In this document: piece by piece, positions 37,958 through 49,310 of the stretch
How positions within the stretch are numbered: position 1 is the stretch's first letter
Layout of the letters: each line of letters starts with the position of its first letter
Assembly: GCF_000400465.1 (NCBI RefSeq)
Contig: NW_008806276.1
Span: 144,001-268,000, forward strand
Length of the DNA: 124,000 bases
From: Wallemia ichthyophaga EXF-994
Lineage: Eukaryota > Fungi > Basidiomycota
Direction of reading: 5' to 3'
Program-made: the position numbers and the translations under genes
Notes under the pieces: model-generated
Told to the model about the DNA's origin: nothing
Databases searched by the model: none
The model's input: the letters and a program-made list of their open reading frames with translations, nothing else

Positions 37958-40900
37958 TTAGTCCCGTTCTTTGTTTAATGAGCTTCGACTAAAGTTGGCA
38001 AATTTAGACGACTTGCTTGGTTTCTTAGAGGTGACTGATTGATTATCGCCCGGATCGAGACTTTCACGATTCCTCACTGAGGAAGTCGATGGTCTACCTT
38101 CATTAGGTGACCATTGTAGCCTGACTGTGACATAACCGTTACCTCCAAGCAATTCAATATCAAATTCAGCTGCTTGAGTTGTTAGCAAGATATTTTTGTT
38201 CACACAAAATATAACACCCACCTGAAGTTTCGTTCTTCTCTGGATGAATGTATTGGCCAATCATGATATTATTGTAGCCAATTTGACGATCACCGAAGAG
38301 ATGCTTGTCAACAATCTCTACACTAAACGTTGGCTTTTCAGGTTTAGTGTGCAAAAGGAAAGTTTCATCGAAAGAAGGTTCGGAACTCTTAGAGAGTGCC
38401 TTTCCTTCGATCTTGTATCTTCCCATTCTCAACACAGGTCTGGCTTTAGGCAACTCACGACCTTCTCCTTTAAGATCCCATGCTCTGACGACAGTTACAT
38501 TCAAATCACCTGAGTCGACTTTCGATGCAGGTCTATCGCGCTGAGCATCTGACATCAATTCTCTGGGAGCATCCGCTTCGTCATCTACGAAACCTTCGCT
38601 TCCAGTAGAGGAAGGCTTTTTGGAGAAGCCGAAAATTTGACCAGCCTTGCCGAAAACGCCGCCGACATTATTGCCGATGAAGCCAGCGCCTGAGATGGCG
38701 CCCTTGCCGATATGACCGGCACCATGGGCGACTCCCTTTCCAGCTCCAATACCAATACCGCCGACCTGCGTGAGAGCTCTGCCAGCTTGGCTGAAAGTCG
38801 AAGTGCGCGCACGCGTCTTGACGATGAATGAGGGTTTGAAGACGTAACTGACTTTGATCGTGCCCTGGTCACCGCTTTCGCCATCTTTGAGATCGTAAGT
38901 GAATTCAGTCGACTCGAGTGGCTCGAATGCAGTCAAGTCCACCTTGGCAACACCGAGTAAATCGGCTGCTGACAACCTGTCCCAGTCATAAACTTCAATC
39001 GTGAAGTTTCCATCGACTCTGTTAGGAACCTGGACTTCGAAGAATTCTTCCCACTCTGGATGCAACGTTTTCTTCTTCGTTTCAGTCTTGTATACTCTCT
39101 CGCCGTTGAGGAGAAAAACGGCGTATGGATCAGATTTACCATTGCGATCTGCACTTGCAAGCCCCTTGGCATTGTGGACTTCGACTCTGAGATTGCCCTG
39201 GTTGTTGACAGACTCTCTGAGACTGAGGTCGATATCAACGGGGATGTACTTAGACAAAACCTTCACCTTGGACTGATTATCGCCTGCATCTGATAGAGTA
39301 AATTCTGCCTCTTTGTTGAGCGTGCGGTAGAAAAATTCTCTCATATCCATGCTTGTCTCAGCGTAAACCTGATCATCCTCTTCTTGTGAACCTGTGTTCA
39401 ATCTAATTCTCAGCTGTGAGAATGAAAGCTCGCGGACCATAGCTTCTCCAATGAAATTCCAGTTGGCGTTCTTCGAACGCGCCTTCTCGGTGGTGATCGA
39501 AGGCCAGATTGCGTCGTCAATGAGGAACTCAAGTCGCGTGTTCCTCTGTGCCACCTGTCCTGTATCGCACTTGACAACTATGATTCCCGACTCTAGATAG
39601 TGTTTTGGTGAGATACTAATCAGCATAAATTATTTAACTCACCTCTTTCAAGTAACTCATCTTCATTTAATTCCAAACCAGCACTTTCCTCTTCTTCGGC
39701 AGATGATTTTTCTTTACCCTTTTCATCGCTCTCTCCGTCAATGTTCTCTTCCTTGGCATTCTCTTCCTCCTCCTTCTTGTCTTCTTCCTCTTTCTTCTTT
39801 ACATCTTCCGCAGACTCGAAGGTACTTCCCTTAATCTTCCAAGCAGGGACAAAGTCAGCCTCGAATTCTAGTTCACCCTTATAACCACCCTTGTCAAGCT
39901 TCATAGGAGACGTACGTCTATTTACTCCAGTAGCCATGTATGGTTTGTTCTTTCTCTCGTTCTCATCATCGTTGGGTCTGATAATATCTCTAGCTCTAAG
40001 AGTTGTGTGTCCCAATGGTCTGTCTTTGCCCTGGCTCTGGTAGTCGGCAGCTTCCAAGTAAACGATATCTCTGAGAGAGTGGATCGGTATGTAGAGAACC
40101 TCATTCCATACAGGATTGAGGTTATTATCGATAATATTCGTTCTAGCTTGCACTCTACCAGCGATAATGGCCTTAACGTAAGGATCACTTTTACCGCCGA
40201 AAGCGATCTCAACGTTCTTCAGGTCGTTTGCACGCTTGCAGAAGACTCTCAACAGTCCGATAGGTGGAGTGTACTGGCCTGCTACATCCAGCGCATCATC
40301 CATAGCCACTGACTTGAACGACGCGGACATTCTGATTTTACCACCGTCTTTAGCCAAATCAAACCACTTTCCTTCCTTCTCATTGGTCTCAAGCAAATCA
40401 CTGACATTGACATTGACATGCGCGATTGGGATTGACGCCTTGAAGTTGTGCGCGTGATACACCTTGACTTTCAAACTCGTCTTGTCTTTGTTGGTGACGA
40501 GAAATTCGCCGTGGGAGTCCCATTCAGGCGAATTTGTACCTCTGATCATTTTTGTTTGCTGGACTTGCTTATTTTTCAAGTAAACGCTGGCGGAAGGGTT
40601 TACACGACCAACCTTGGACGCATCTGTGTTGAGATCCTTGGCTTCGTGGATGTATAGTCTGACAACACCAGTTGGGAGATCTGGAACAGCTTCAAGTGAG
40701 TCTCCTTCCTTTGGTGGCTCCATGACTGGGTAGTAGCTCAGATCAAATATGATATCACCTTTTTCTCTACCATTATTGTAGAGCTTTGTCATGACATGTT
40801 CTTGCAAAGGATCATCGGCTAGGGATTGGATGTTGTATGTGGCTAAACCAATGTCTGAGTCTTTGCGATAATCATTGTAATCATAAACGTTAAGTACCAG

Positions 40901-42722
40901 CTGGTCGTTGAGAGAGTTGACGAGTAAATACTTTGTTTCCATCCAGAATGGGTTGTTGGTAGACTTATGAATCGTTGTTTTGTCGTTTATTGTCTTGGAG
41001 TTACCAAGTCTGACGGTAGTGTATGGATTTGGTTCACCACCACCGACTTTGATGGAACGCAGACCTCTAGCTTGACGAAGAGTGAGTACCAATACACCGC
41101 ATGCGGAATCGAGAGCACCGCCAGCGAGAATTTCTTGCAAGTTGATTGTAAAGACGTTAGGATCGAAAATAAGTGGTTGCATCATGTTAAATATCTGTTC
41201 TCTGATAAAGGTGGTCAAACCAGGAATGTAGTTGACATCCAAGCCAGAGTGTTCACCACCGATTGGTATGGCCATGTAGTCGAATTCAGGTTTTTCGATG
41301 AATGACAGATCAACCAATTTGATGTGAGGGAAGTCATTAATCAGGGTAAGATTGACTCTTATGTTACCAGTAAAGCTAAATTCCTTGAGCACAACAGGCA
41401 GACTGACTGAGTATTTACCTTTACCGATAACGGCTTGTAGGACAATCTTTGGGTTGACAGTGCCTTCTGTCTGACCTTCTCCGAGTGCACCCAAGTCTGC
41501 TGGTGTAAATGAAACGTGCCAATCCATGGTGATTTGGTTGTCGGCGGTCGATGGCCATGTTCTGACCTTGAGAATGCGCGGCGCTTTGCTACCAAGGGTG
41601 AGATAACGAAGTCTCGCAGACCTTACGAATCCAGGCTTGCGCTCAGCTATTATAGGCTCAACACTGTTGATAGCTTTTTCACAGATGTATGGCTCGAGGT
41701 GCTCCCAGAAGTTGATTAGTAGATTGTTGACCCAGTCAGCTGACTGAGCCTCTGTTGCAAGTGGAGGTTTCATCAGTTGCCTGGAAATTCCCTCTCTGAC
41801 TTCGTGATCAACTTTTGAGATACTAATATTGTAATAAGTAACAGCAGCTACTGCAACGACAGCCTGTGGGCCCAGGCTGAAGTTGAAGTAGGCAAGAATG
41901 TAAGTGAGTATAGAAGAGACTAAAACGACAGCAGCGTTGTGAAACCATTGTCCATAGAACTTTTCGGGAAGCAAAGTGGAAGTACCATCATCATCATCGA
42001 CACCGTTGAGTTCAACAGAATGAGCGCCTAAGCTGTCTGGGATTTCTTTATCCCTCATGTACCATTTTGGGAGGGAAGTAGAAGGTAACTCATCTGTGGA
42101 GCTGGACAAGTTACCAGGAATATCTTCAACAGCGTAGATAGGACCAGATTCGAAAGCAGCTTCGCCTTCTTTTTTTGTGCTTTGCTGAGGAGTTGACTTC
42201 TGCTGAACTGCAGGAACTTTTGAAGGTTTTGGCTTTGCTGGAGAGTATGTGAGTGTAGGAGAGGGAGATTGTTGGAGACATACGTGGCTCTTCTTTTGGA
42301 GTTGAAGGCTTTGGAAGGTTATCTCCTTCTACACCATAATTTTGATCATTCTTTTGCTCCTCAAGTAATTCAGCTTCTTTGTTGGTTGTGGATTCGTTTG
42401 GATCGAAAGAGTGAACAGGCGCATGCTTTGCAGCCTTCTTAAAGAGAGCTTTAACTTCATTTTCGTTAACGTGGTCGCTATCTTCCCGAGAAATACCAAA
42501 TCTAGGTACAGGAATCGGACCGAATTTCTTCCAAGAAAAACCGGATTTATCAGGTTTATCAGATTTATCATTTGACTTGTTGTTACTGTCATTTGGGATT
42601 TGTGGAACTGGAGGGACATCTTCTTGATGCTGTGGCTGTGGCTGAGGGGCTTTAGAGGATGCGATTGAAGAGGTCCTCGATCTACGCTTGAAAATACCTG
42701 AAGACCGCCTTGAATCTGACAT
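37958..42722 (-). CDS. TCB: Tricalbin (SMP plus multiple C2 domains), multi-exon
   Basis: ADWVNNLLINFW SMP start; repeated C2 motifs (KSDPY..., DWDRLSAADLLG). Confidence 0.9.
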
Positions 42723-42895
42723 GTGCTGCTGCGAATGGGGGAATTACGTCGTGGGTGAAATTCAAGGGAAGAAACTGGGAAATTTGGGAGAAAGATGAAT
42801 AAAAAGATATACATTGAGTAATTAAATAATTAATATAATTGATATATCGGGTTGAATACTGTTAATTACACACAGCCAACAACCGTTACAACAGA

Positions 42896-43701
42896 ATGAG
42901 TGAGAATCAAAAGCCAGTACAAGTGAAGCTCGTCCTTCTTGGGGAAGCAGCCGTTGGAAAATCATCCGTCGTTCTGAGGTTCGTTCAAAATGATTTCCAG
43001 GAGTACAAAGAGCCTACGATTGGTGCAGCATTCTTGAGTGGGTGGGGAGTTTAATAATAACTAATTTAACATCAATAAACAGCCCAAAAGTGTAGATTAG
43101 AGGATAAAGTGATTAAATTTGAGATATGGGATACTGCTGGTCAGGAAAGGTTTAGGAGTTTGGCACCAATGTGGGTTTTGAGATGCTTTCAATAAAATCC
43201 ACTTAGAATACTCTCAGGTACTACCGTAACGCTCTCTCTGCTGTAGTCGTTTACGATATAACTTCATCATCCAGCTTCGACAAGGCAAAGAGTTGGGTTA
43301 AGGAACTCCAACGACAGGCCTCTCCAAATGTCATTATAGCCCTTGTCGGTAACAAGCTTGACTTGGTTGAGAAATCTGAGGAGAATGAGGATTATTTAGA
43401 TGACGTAGCATCATTCGATCAAAACGCAGTCTCAGAACCAAGCCAAACTCATTCAAGGGCCATCTCACGTGATGAAGCTCAAGCTTACGCTGAAGAGAGC
43501 AATCTTCTCTTCTTTGAAACATCCGCAAAGACTAGTGAAGGCGTTGTTGAAGTTTTTACTGAAATTGCAAAGAAGATTCCACATGAGCAGATCCTCAATT
43601 CCACTAAATCCAGAGCCCAGGATCAATCACAGCAGAACAACGTAAGCCTCAACTCAACCGAGAACCAACCAAAGCAAGTCGGAGACAATTGTGCCTGTTG
43701 A
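42896..43701 (+). CDS. VPS21: Rab5-family GTPase
   Basis: [25 protein letters not shown]-terminal CAC. Confidence 0.9.
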
Positions 43702-43835
43702 GTACCCTTTTCTTAATTATACCAGACACATAAATCGCTTTTTGATGAATATTTTGATTTTTAACAATCGAGTGGGGTGAACTGAGCTGAGAATTCCCCT
43801 ACGAAACAACCACCAACTCAACGAATCAACGAAAA

Positions 43836-44831
43836 ATGGCACCTGTTGAAGGAAAGAAAGGCTTTTCATGGTCAAACATCGCTGTAGGTAGCGTAATGAA
43901 CATGTTTGAAGGTTAGTATTTTGTCTCCTTCCTGTTTGCTATAAGTATCTTACAAACATAAGTATCTACACTTGGTCAGCCACTTGAAGTTTGTAAGACT
44001 ACTCTCTCCGCTCAAAGATCCTTGTCCATGCGTCAAGCCATTTCTCTCATTTACTCGCGTGGTGGTCTCGCTGGTTTCTATCAAGGTCTGATACCATGGG
44101 TGAGTCCTTCTTGAGACACCTTCTACCCATCTCTTTGACACCGTAACCAGGCCTGGATCGAAGCTTCTACAAAAGGCGCCGTTCTTCTTTTCACCGCCGC
44201 TGAAATTGAAAAATACTCCGTTACTGCCGGGATAAGTCCTGCTGCCGCCGGTTTACTCGGTGGTATGGGTGGTGGTATCGCTCAAGCATACGCTACTATG
44301 GGTTTCTGCACCTGTATGAAGACTGCTGAAATTACAAGACACAAGGAGGCCGCATCAGGCATCACCCCTCCATCAACCTGGAAAGTCTTTGGTGATATCT
44401 ACAAAGCTGAGGGTATTGCCGGTATCAACAAAGGTGTCAACGCTGTCGCTCTCCGTCAAATGACCAACTGGGGTTCAAGAATGGGTTTTGCTCGTCTCTC
44501 AGAGAGTCTCATTAGAAAGGCTAGGGGTAAGACAGATGGTGAAAAGCTCAACTTGGCAGACAAGGTCGCTTCTGCTACCTTTGGTGGTGCACTCGCTACT
44601 TGGAATCAACCAATCGAGGTTGTTAGAGTTGAGATGCAATCTATGAGCAAGAGCGCTGACGTCGCCAACAAGCCAAACGGCGTCTTCGGTACTCTCGGCT
44701 ACATCTACAAGGAGAACGGTGTCAAGGGCCTATACCGCGGTGTCACCCCTAGAATCGGTCTCGGTGTTTGGCAAACTATCTGTATGGTTACTTTTAGTGA
44801 TATGGTCCGCGAAGCTCTCGGTGCCAAGTAA
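43836..44831 (+). CDS. YHM2: Mitochondrial citrate/oxoglutarate carrier
   Basis: Mitochondrial carrier motifs; [15 protein letters not shown]. Confidence 0.88.
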
Positions 44832-45291
44832 GCCAAGCAAAGCACTTATATCATTCTGTCATTACTTAAAATGTCGTTGTTGTCGTAGGAAATATCATAA
44901 AAGCATGTCATAAACTTTTTTCATTGAATCCATATCGTTGTCATAAAATTCTGTTGCGAGGACAGTTTCTGTCACGATTTACCTTTCGCGTACCTCTCAC
45001 AAATTCAGCGGTGCTAAATTTTTCACTATGCTAAAATTCGATTCAAGAGTACGTAAATCAGCGTTCTTGTAATAGATATGCAACATACAATAAAAAAATC
45101 TCACTACGCCAGAGAAGATCTGAACTAGCTCACATTCCTAACTGCGGTTTTTTTATCAACACATTTCCCCTATTCGCGCTGAATATCACGCTAAATTAAT
45201 AAAGATTGTAAAGTTAGTGCGGAATGAGTAGAGTATAAATACCTACCGCCTACCTTCCTTCTTTCCACACAACTCATCTCCAATCTTTACA

Positions 45292-45760
45292 ATGATCGCT
45301 CAAACCATTTTCGCTACCGCCCTCATCGCCTCTGTTTCGGCCGGATGGGAAGACAAGAGCAAGATTGGCTCATGTAACACCGGCAAAGTTTCATGCTGTA
45401 AGTTTGGGAGATGTTTAGCTTGACACCATCTCACACCGCCAAGGCGACTTGAACAAGAAGGCTCAATCTAGCACCGGCAAGGATGACTCTCTCATCTCCA
45501 CTGGTGACATTGCTTCTCAAATCGGTGTTCAGTGTGACCAAGTCCCTCTCCTTATCGGTGTTGCATTGCAAGGTTTGTACCTTTTCGTCACCTTGAACAA
45601 TGCTAACAAAACGCTAGATGAATGTAAAAACACCCCAGTCTGTTGCGAGGACATGGAATCAGATGGTCTCATTGGTTTGGGTGCGTTGACGCGTTTGCCG
45701 TGATACCTTTTGCATTGCTAACTTGACACTTCAGGCTGTACCCCTCTCCCAATCATTTAA
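45292..45760 (+). CDS. Class I hydrophobin (about 3 introns)
   Basis: Signal peptide; 8-Cys pattern C-x6-CC...C...C-x5-CC...C after splicing. Confidence 0.88.
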
Positions 45761-45949
45761 GCTGGCGCTTTTAACCTCCTACAAACTGTTTAGCTTTTGT
45801 AATACTACTATTAATCTCGGGTTTTAGACGTTCTCTGAGAGTGAGGATCAGTCTTTTCAAAGACTCAGTATCTTCACAAAAATTTTAATCTAGGCTTAGT
45901 ATACAAGTAGAACTATGGAAAGAAGCTGTTTAAAAATTGGTGCAAACAT

Positions 45950-45961
45950 CAAAAAGCAAAA
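45950..45961 (-). terminator. Pol III terminator (TTTTT-GC-TTTTT) downstream of the permuted tRNA
   Basis: Two T5 runs starting 6 nt after position 37 of the 5' half. Confidence 0.6.
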
Positions 45962-45967
45962 CTTTAA

Positions 45968-46044
45968 CCGTAGTCGAATACTCTACCATTGAGCCAGCCG
46001 GCCGCAGTGACCGACGCAGGGCTCGAAACCTGCAACCTTTCGAT
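45968..46044 (-). tRNA. Circularly permuted tRNA-Arg(ACG): 3' half (46044-46008), CTGC spacer, 5' half (46003-45968)
   Basis: Halves fold into one cloverleaf: acceptor GGCCGGC/GTCGGTC-A, D-arm GCTC/GAGT, anticodon stem TTCGA/TCGAA, loop CT-ACG-G|A, T-stem GCAGG/CCTGC; T5 terminator 6 nt after the 5' half. Confidence 0.8.
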
Positions 46045-46126
46045 ATCAGCTTCTCCCATTGAGATATTTCGAACTGAGAGAGTACTGTTGAGCTTATGTG
46101 CTGATTCTGTTACACGCAAAGAATAA

Positions 46127-46795
46127 ATGCAAAAATTTTACAAAACATTCAATTCCCATTGTATCCCAGGAGATGTGGATATCTACGGCAACGAACTAGC
46201 AGACACCGCTAACGATGGTAGAACACTGCCGATCCACAGGACTATGTGGTGTCACCTAACACTTAAAACTTCATACTCAGCAATGCGAAGCAGAATGCGC
46301 GAGCGCTATACAGCACCACTAAAAGTAGATGCCTCCAAAATATCAGACATTAAGTTCAACGCCGCAAAAACATCAGCTGGAAGGCTGACAGCAGCAAAAA
46401 CGGCCAAGATACTCAATGAACTGCCCAGAGCAACGAGATGCCTAACCACCCAGCTACGCTCGGGGCATTTACCTGCGACTAAGTCCTACCTTAAACGTTT
46501 CCGACTGATTGATTCACCTAAATGCAGTGCGTGTGGCACAGAGGACACCATCTCGCATAGAATCTTCTGCAAAAGACATATAATGGCCAGAATCACATTA
46601 AGAAAAAATATTACCAAGATCAATATTCGGTTCGAATTAGTTCCAATACTCAGAAACGCACATTCTCTACGAGCCCTTTACGAGTTCTTCAAACTGCAAT
46701 TGACTACGTACCAAAGATATTCCAGTGGTTCAGCGCAATTGAGAACCAATAACAATTTACAAATTACGACGCTAAACGAGAAACGCCTCCAGTAA
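46127..46795 (+). mobile_element. 5'-truncated non-LTR retrotransposon relic (RNase H tail plus C-terminal Zn knuckle, Tad1/I-like)
   Basis: SHCIPG..IYGNELAD; QLRSGH...DSPKCSACGTEDTISH; no RT or endonuclease. Confidence 0.75.
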
Positions 46796-47279
46796 ATTCG
46801 GCGCCCCCTTTGACTCCTCATTCTTTAAGAAGTATTGTTAGAGGCAGTCTAAACATTTATCGTGTTAACAATATATTCAGGTCAATTTTAGACTAAGACA
46901 CCAGAGAGTGTCATGGAAGTAAGAAATTTATCTTAAATGTATCAATAAAGACCCATTATTTTTTTATAAACCTCTAAAGCCCAGCGAGAGTGGCAAATAT
47001 TTCATTTACTGCCGTGGGATTTCTCTCGAGTGACGAGGAGGGCTTTGTGAGAATCTTGTAAATAGTCTCAACCTTAGCAATTTACATCCTGCTAAATTGA
47101 AATACAAGTTATCATCTCATACGCGTGGAATTGATTGCGTTATCTAAGGCAATGACGAAAGCAGGCGTAGGTTGTTGCAATAATAATTGGCCGCACTTGT
47201 ATATTCTTCAAATAAATCACTTTAATCTATTCCTTTCAAATTATTTTGAAAATTGCATCTTCTTTCTCCCAAACCACCA

Positions 47280-48223
47280 ATGAGCATTTTCTTCAGATTG
47301 CTTGACCTCCCAGTAGAGCTGGTAATGATGATCATAGAGAATTTTGAACACAAAGAAAGACTAGAAGTATTGTCAACTTGCCGACTGATCCGGAAGATGG
47401 ATGAAAAATACATTTACTCGAGCTTAAAAACACCAAATGTCCGCCTATACATCGAGACTGGAATTGACGGCTACGAGATGTGCTCATTAACCAGGGACAC
47501 ATTTGAGAATAGCATCGCTGTCTTGAATGGCATCGCAGCGGACGAGAATCACAGAAAGCTCGTCAAGTGAGCTGAGAGCCTGCTCATATGACAGTGCTAA
47601 CAGTGCTGAATCTTTACAGATCACTCAAACTGACCGCTTACTGCAATTCCTTGCTATCTAGATCGGATATCTATTGGCTGTCAAAAGAATTGACGAGGAC
47701 CTTCGCTCGCCACTTTGACGAGCAACTGGAGTCTCTTACCTACATCAACACGTTCTACTGCGAGTTCGTCGAGAAAACACCATTCAACTTTCCAAATTTG
47801 AAAAAGCTGACGCTAGGAGAGTTGGGTGATAATTTCGCATTCGACAATTGGCTGATGAACGCCCCCAATCTGGAAAAATTGGACATTTTTTGCATGGAAT
47901 GGAGCTATGGTATGTTATCTCATCAAGATATTTGCAGCTCAAGCATCGAGAAGCTGGTTAAAAGGGAGTCTAATTTCCGTCTGAGGATATTTACTTTTGA
48001 GATGTGGCATGCGCCTGAAGATGCCAACGACAACGACAACGACAGGGAAGAGTCTTACGACGAGATTGATCATTGGCACAGTGACTTGATAAGGGCTATA
48101 GCGGGCGTGTCAGATTTCGATGATTTAATGCCTTACGTCGAAAGGTACAATGTTCGCGAGTACCAGATGATTCAAGGATCGCTCAAATTGAACAACTGCT
48201 ACCACGCCTTAGGTCATAGGTAG
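47280..48223 (+). CDS. Orphan F-box protein with LRR-like C-terminus (one intron)
   Basis: LLDLPVELVMMIIENF F-box start; FPNLKKLTL / APNLEKLDI repeats. Confidence 0.65.
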
Positions 48224-48529
48224 GACCACATTCGATGTGCATGCTTAGCGTAGTATCTGATACCCATAAATCCTATTATATCATTTGTGCACACTTCTTG
48301 TAATGATAATGACAATTAACAGTTTAATACTCTTACTTTCGTTCGATGTGTGTTGTGAAATAGATAGATAGAATTCATAACATATAGTCAAAAGCATTAC
48401 AACGATTAATAATCTTCGCCTATCTATAATTCTTGTGCATTGAAAGCTGACGATTGTAGTGACTCATAGGGTTGTATTTCTTGGCATGTGTGCCGTAAAT
48501 GGAGAAGGAACTACGTGGAGCTACCGGAG

Positions 48530-49045
48530 GCGCGCGGGTGGGTGCTGAGCTGGTTTTTGAAGAATTTTTAGAGAGCTTTGAGAGCTTTTTCATTTGAAAG
48601 CATATATTTCATCTCGAACCTACTCCAATCCATATATCCTCCTCCTCAACGATAATCTTGCTTGATCGATCTTCCTACATCTGAAAATCCTATGTTTGAT
48701 ACTGTCTACTTCATTGCACTTGCTGCAAAGTGGTGAGTCGGACATTTTGAATTGGTATCGGTAAGACTTGGCAACAGGGAAGTGGTTTGAGCGGATCTGT
48801 TTGGCCACACTTCGCGTACCACGGGGAAGCTTGTTGAGCATCCTTGCCGCCTGTGTAGAGGTCATTCTACCCATTGCTCTCTCTGCATCTTTTGACTTTG
48901 GTCCTGGTAAAATACATGCATCTACTCTCAAGAGAGCAGTGTGTCGCTCACGCAGGCGTCTACGGAAAGCGGAGAGAGCCGGCTTGAGAGTGAAGTCAAT
49001 GGAGATCAATAGTTTGTTTATCTCCGCACACCGCAGGTTAGGTTA
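48530..49045 (-). mobile_element. Second, diverged 5'-truncated LINE relic, frameshifted
   Basis: QIRSNH...DSPLCSKCNEVDSIKH aligns with the 46127 relic; homology continues after a frameshift (IGVRFEMKYMLSNEKALKAL). Confidence 0.7.
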
Positions 49046-49207
49046 GTTTAGTGTGGCGTTTCCAGTATATATGATTTTTTTTAAATAACTGCTTATGAAA
49101 AGCCTCGGAATGAAAAGCGTTAAAAGCGTTTGCAGCATCTACCTAGAATTACGTTGAGTTATAGCAACTTTTTGATACATTAGTTTCAATAAGTTGCTAT
49201 TGTCATC

Positions 49208-49310
49208 GCTTTCGTGGCTTAGGGGTTATAGCGCCGTGTTAACACCGGCTCATCTGAGAAGATGAACAGTTGCTCCGCGGAGGTCGCCGGTTCGATTCCG
49301 GCCGAAAGCT
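49208..49310 (+). tRNA. tRNA-Val(AAC) with ~30-nt canonical intron
   Basis: GCTTTCG/CGAAAGC acceptor, CCGTG/CGCGG stem, loop TT-AAC-A, GCCGG-TTCGATT-CCGGC T-arm, T5 terminator. Confidence 0.85.

Noticed and set aside
46045-46100. Reading the locus as a canonical intron-containing tRNA whose 5' half lies upstream of the 3' half
   Set aside because: The upstream sequence has no strand able to pair with GTCGGTC, no valid D-stem and no U33 anticodon loop. The only perfect partner lies downstream.
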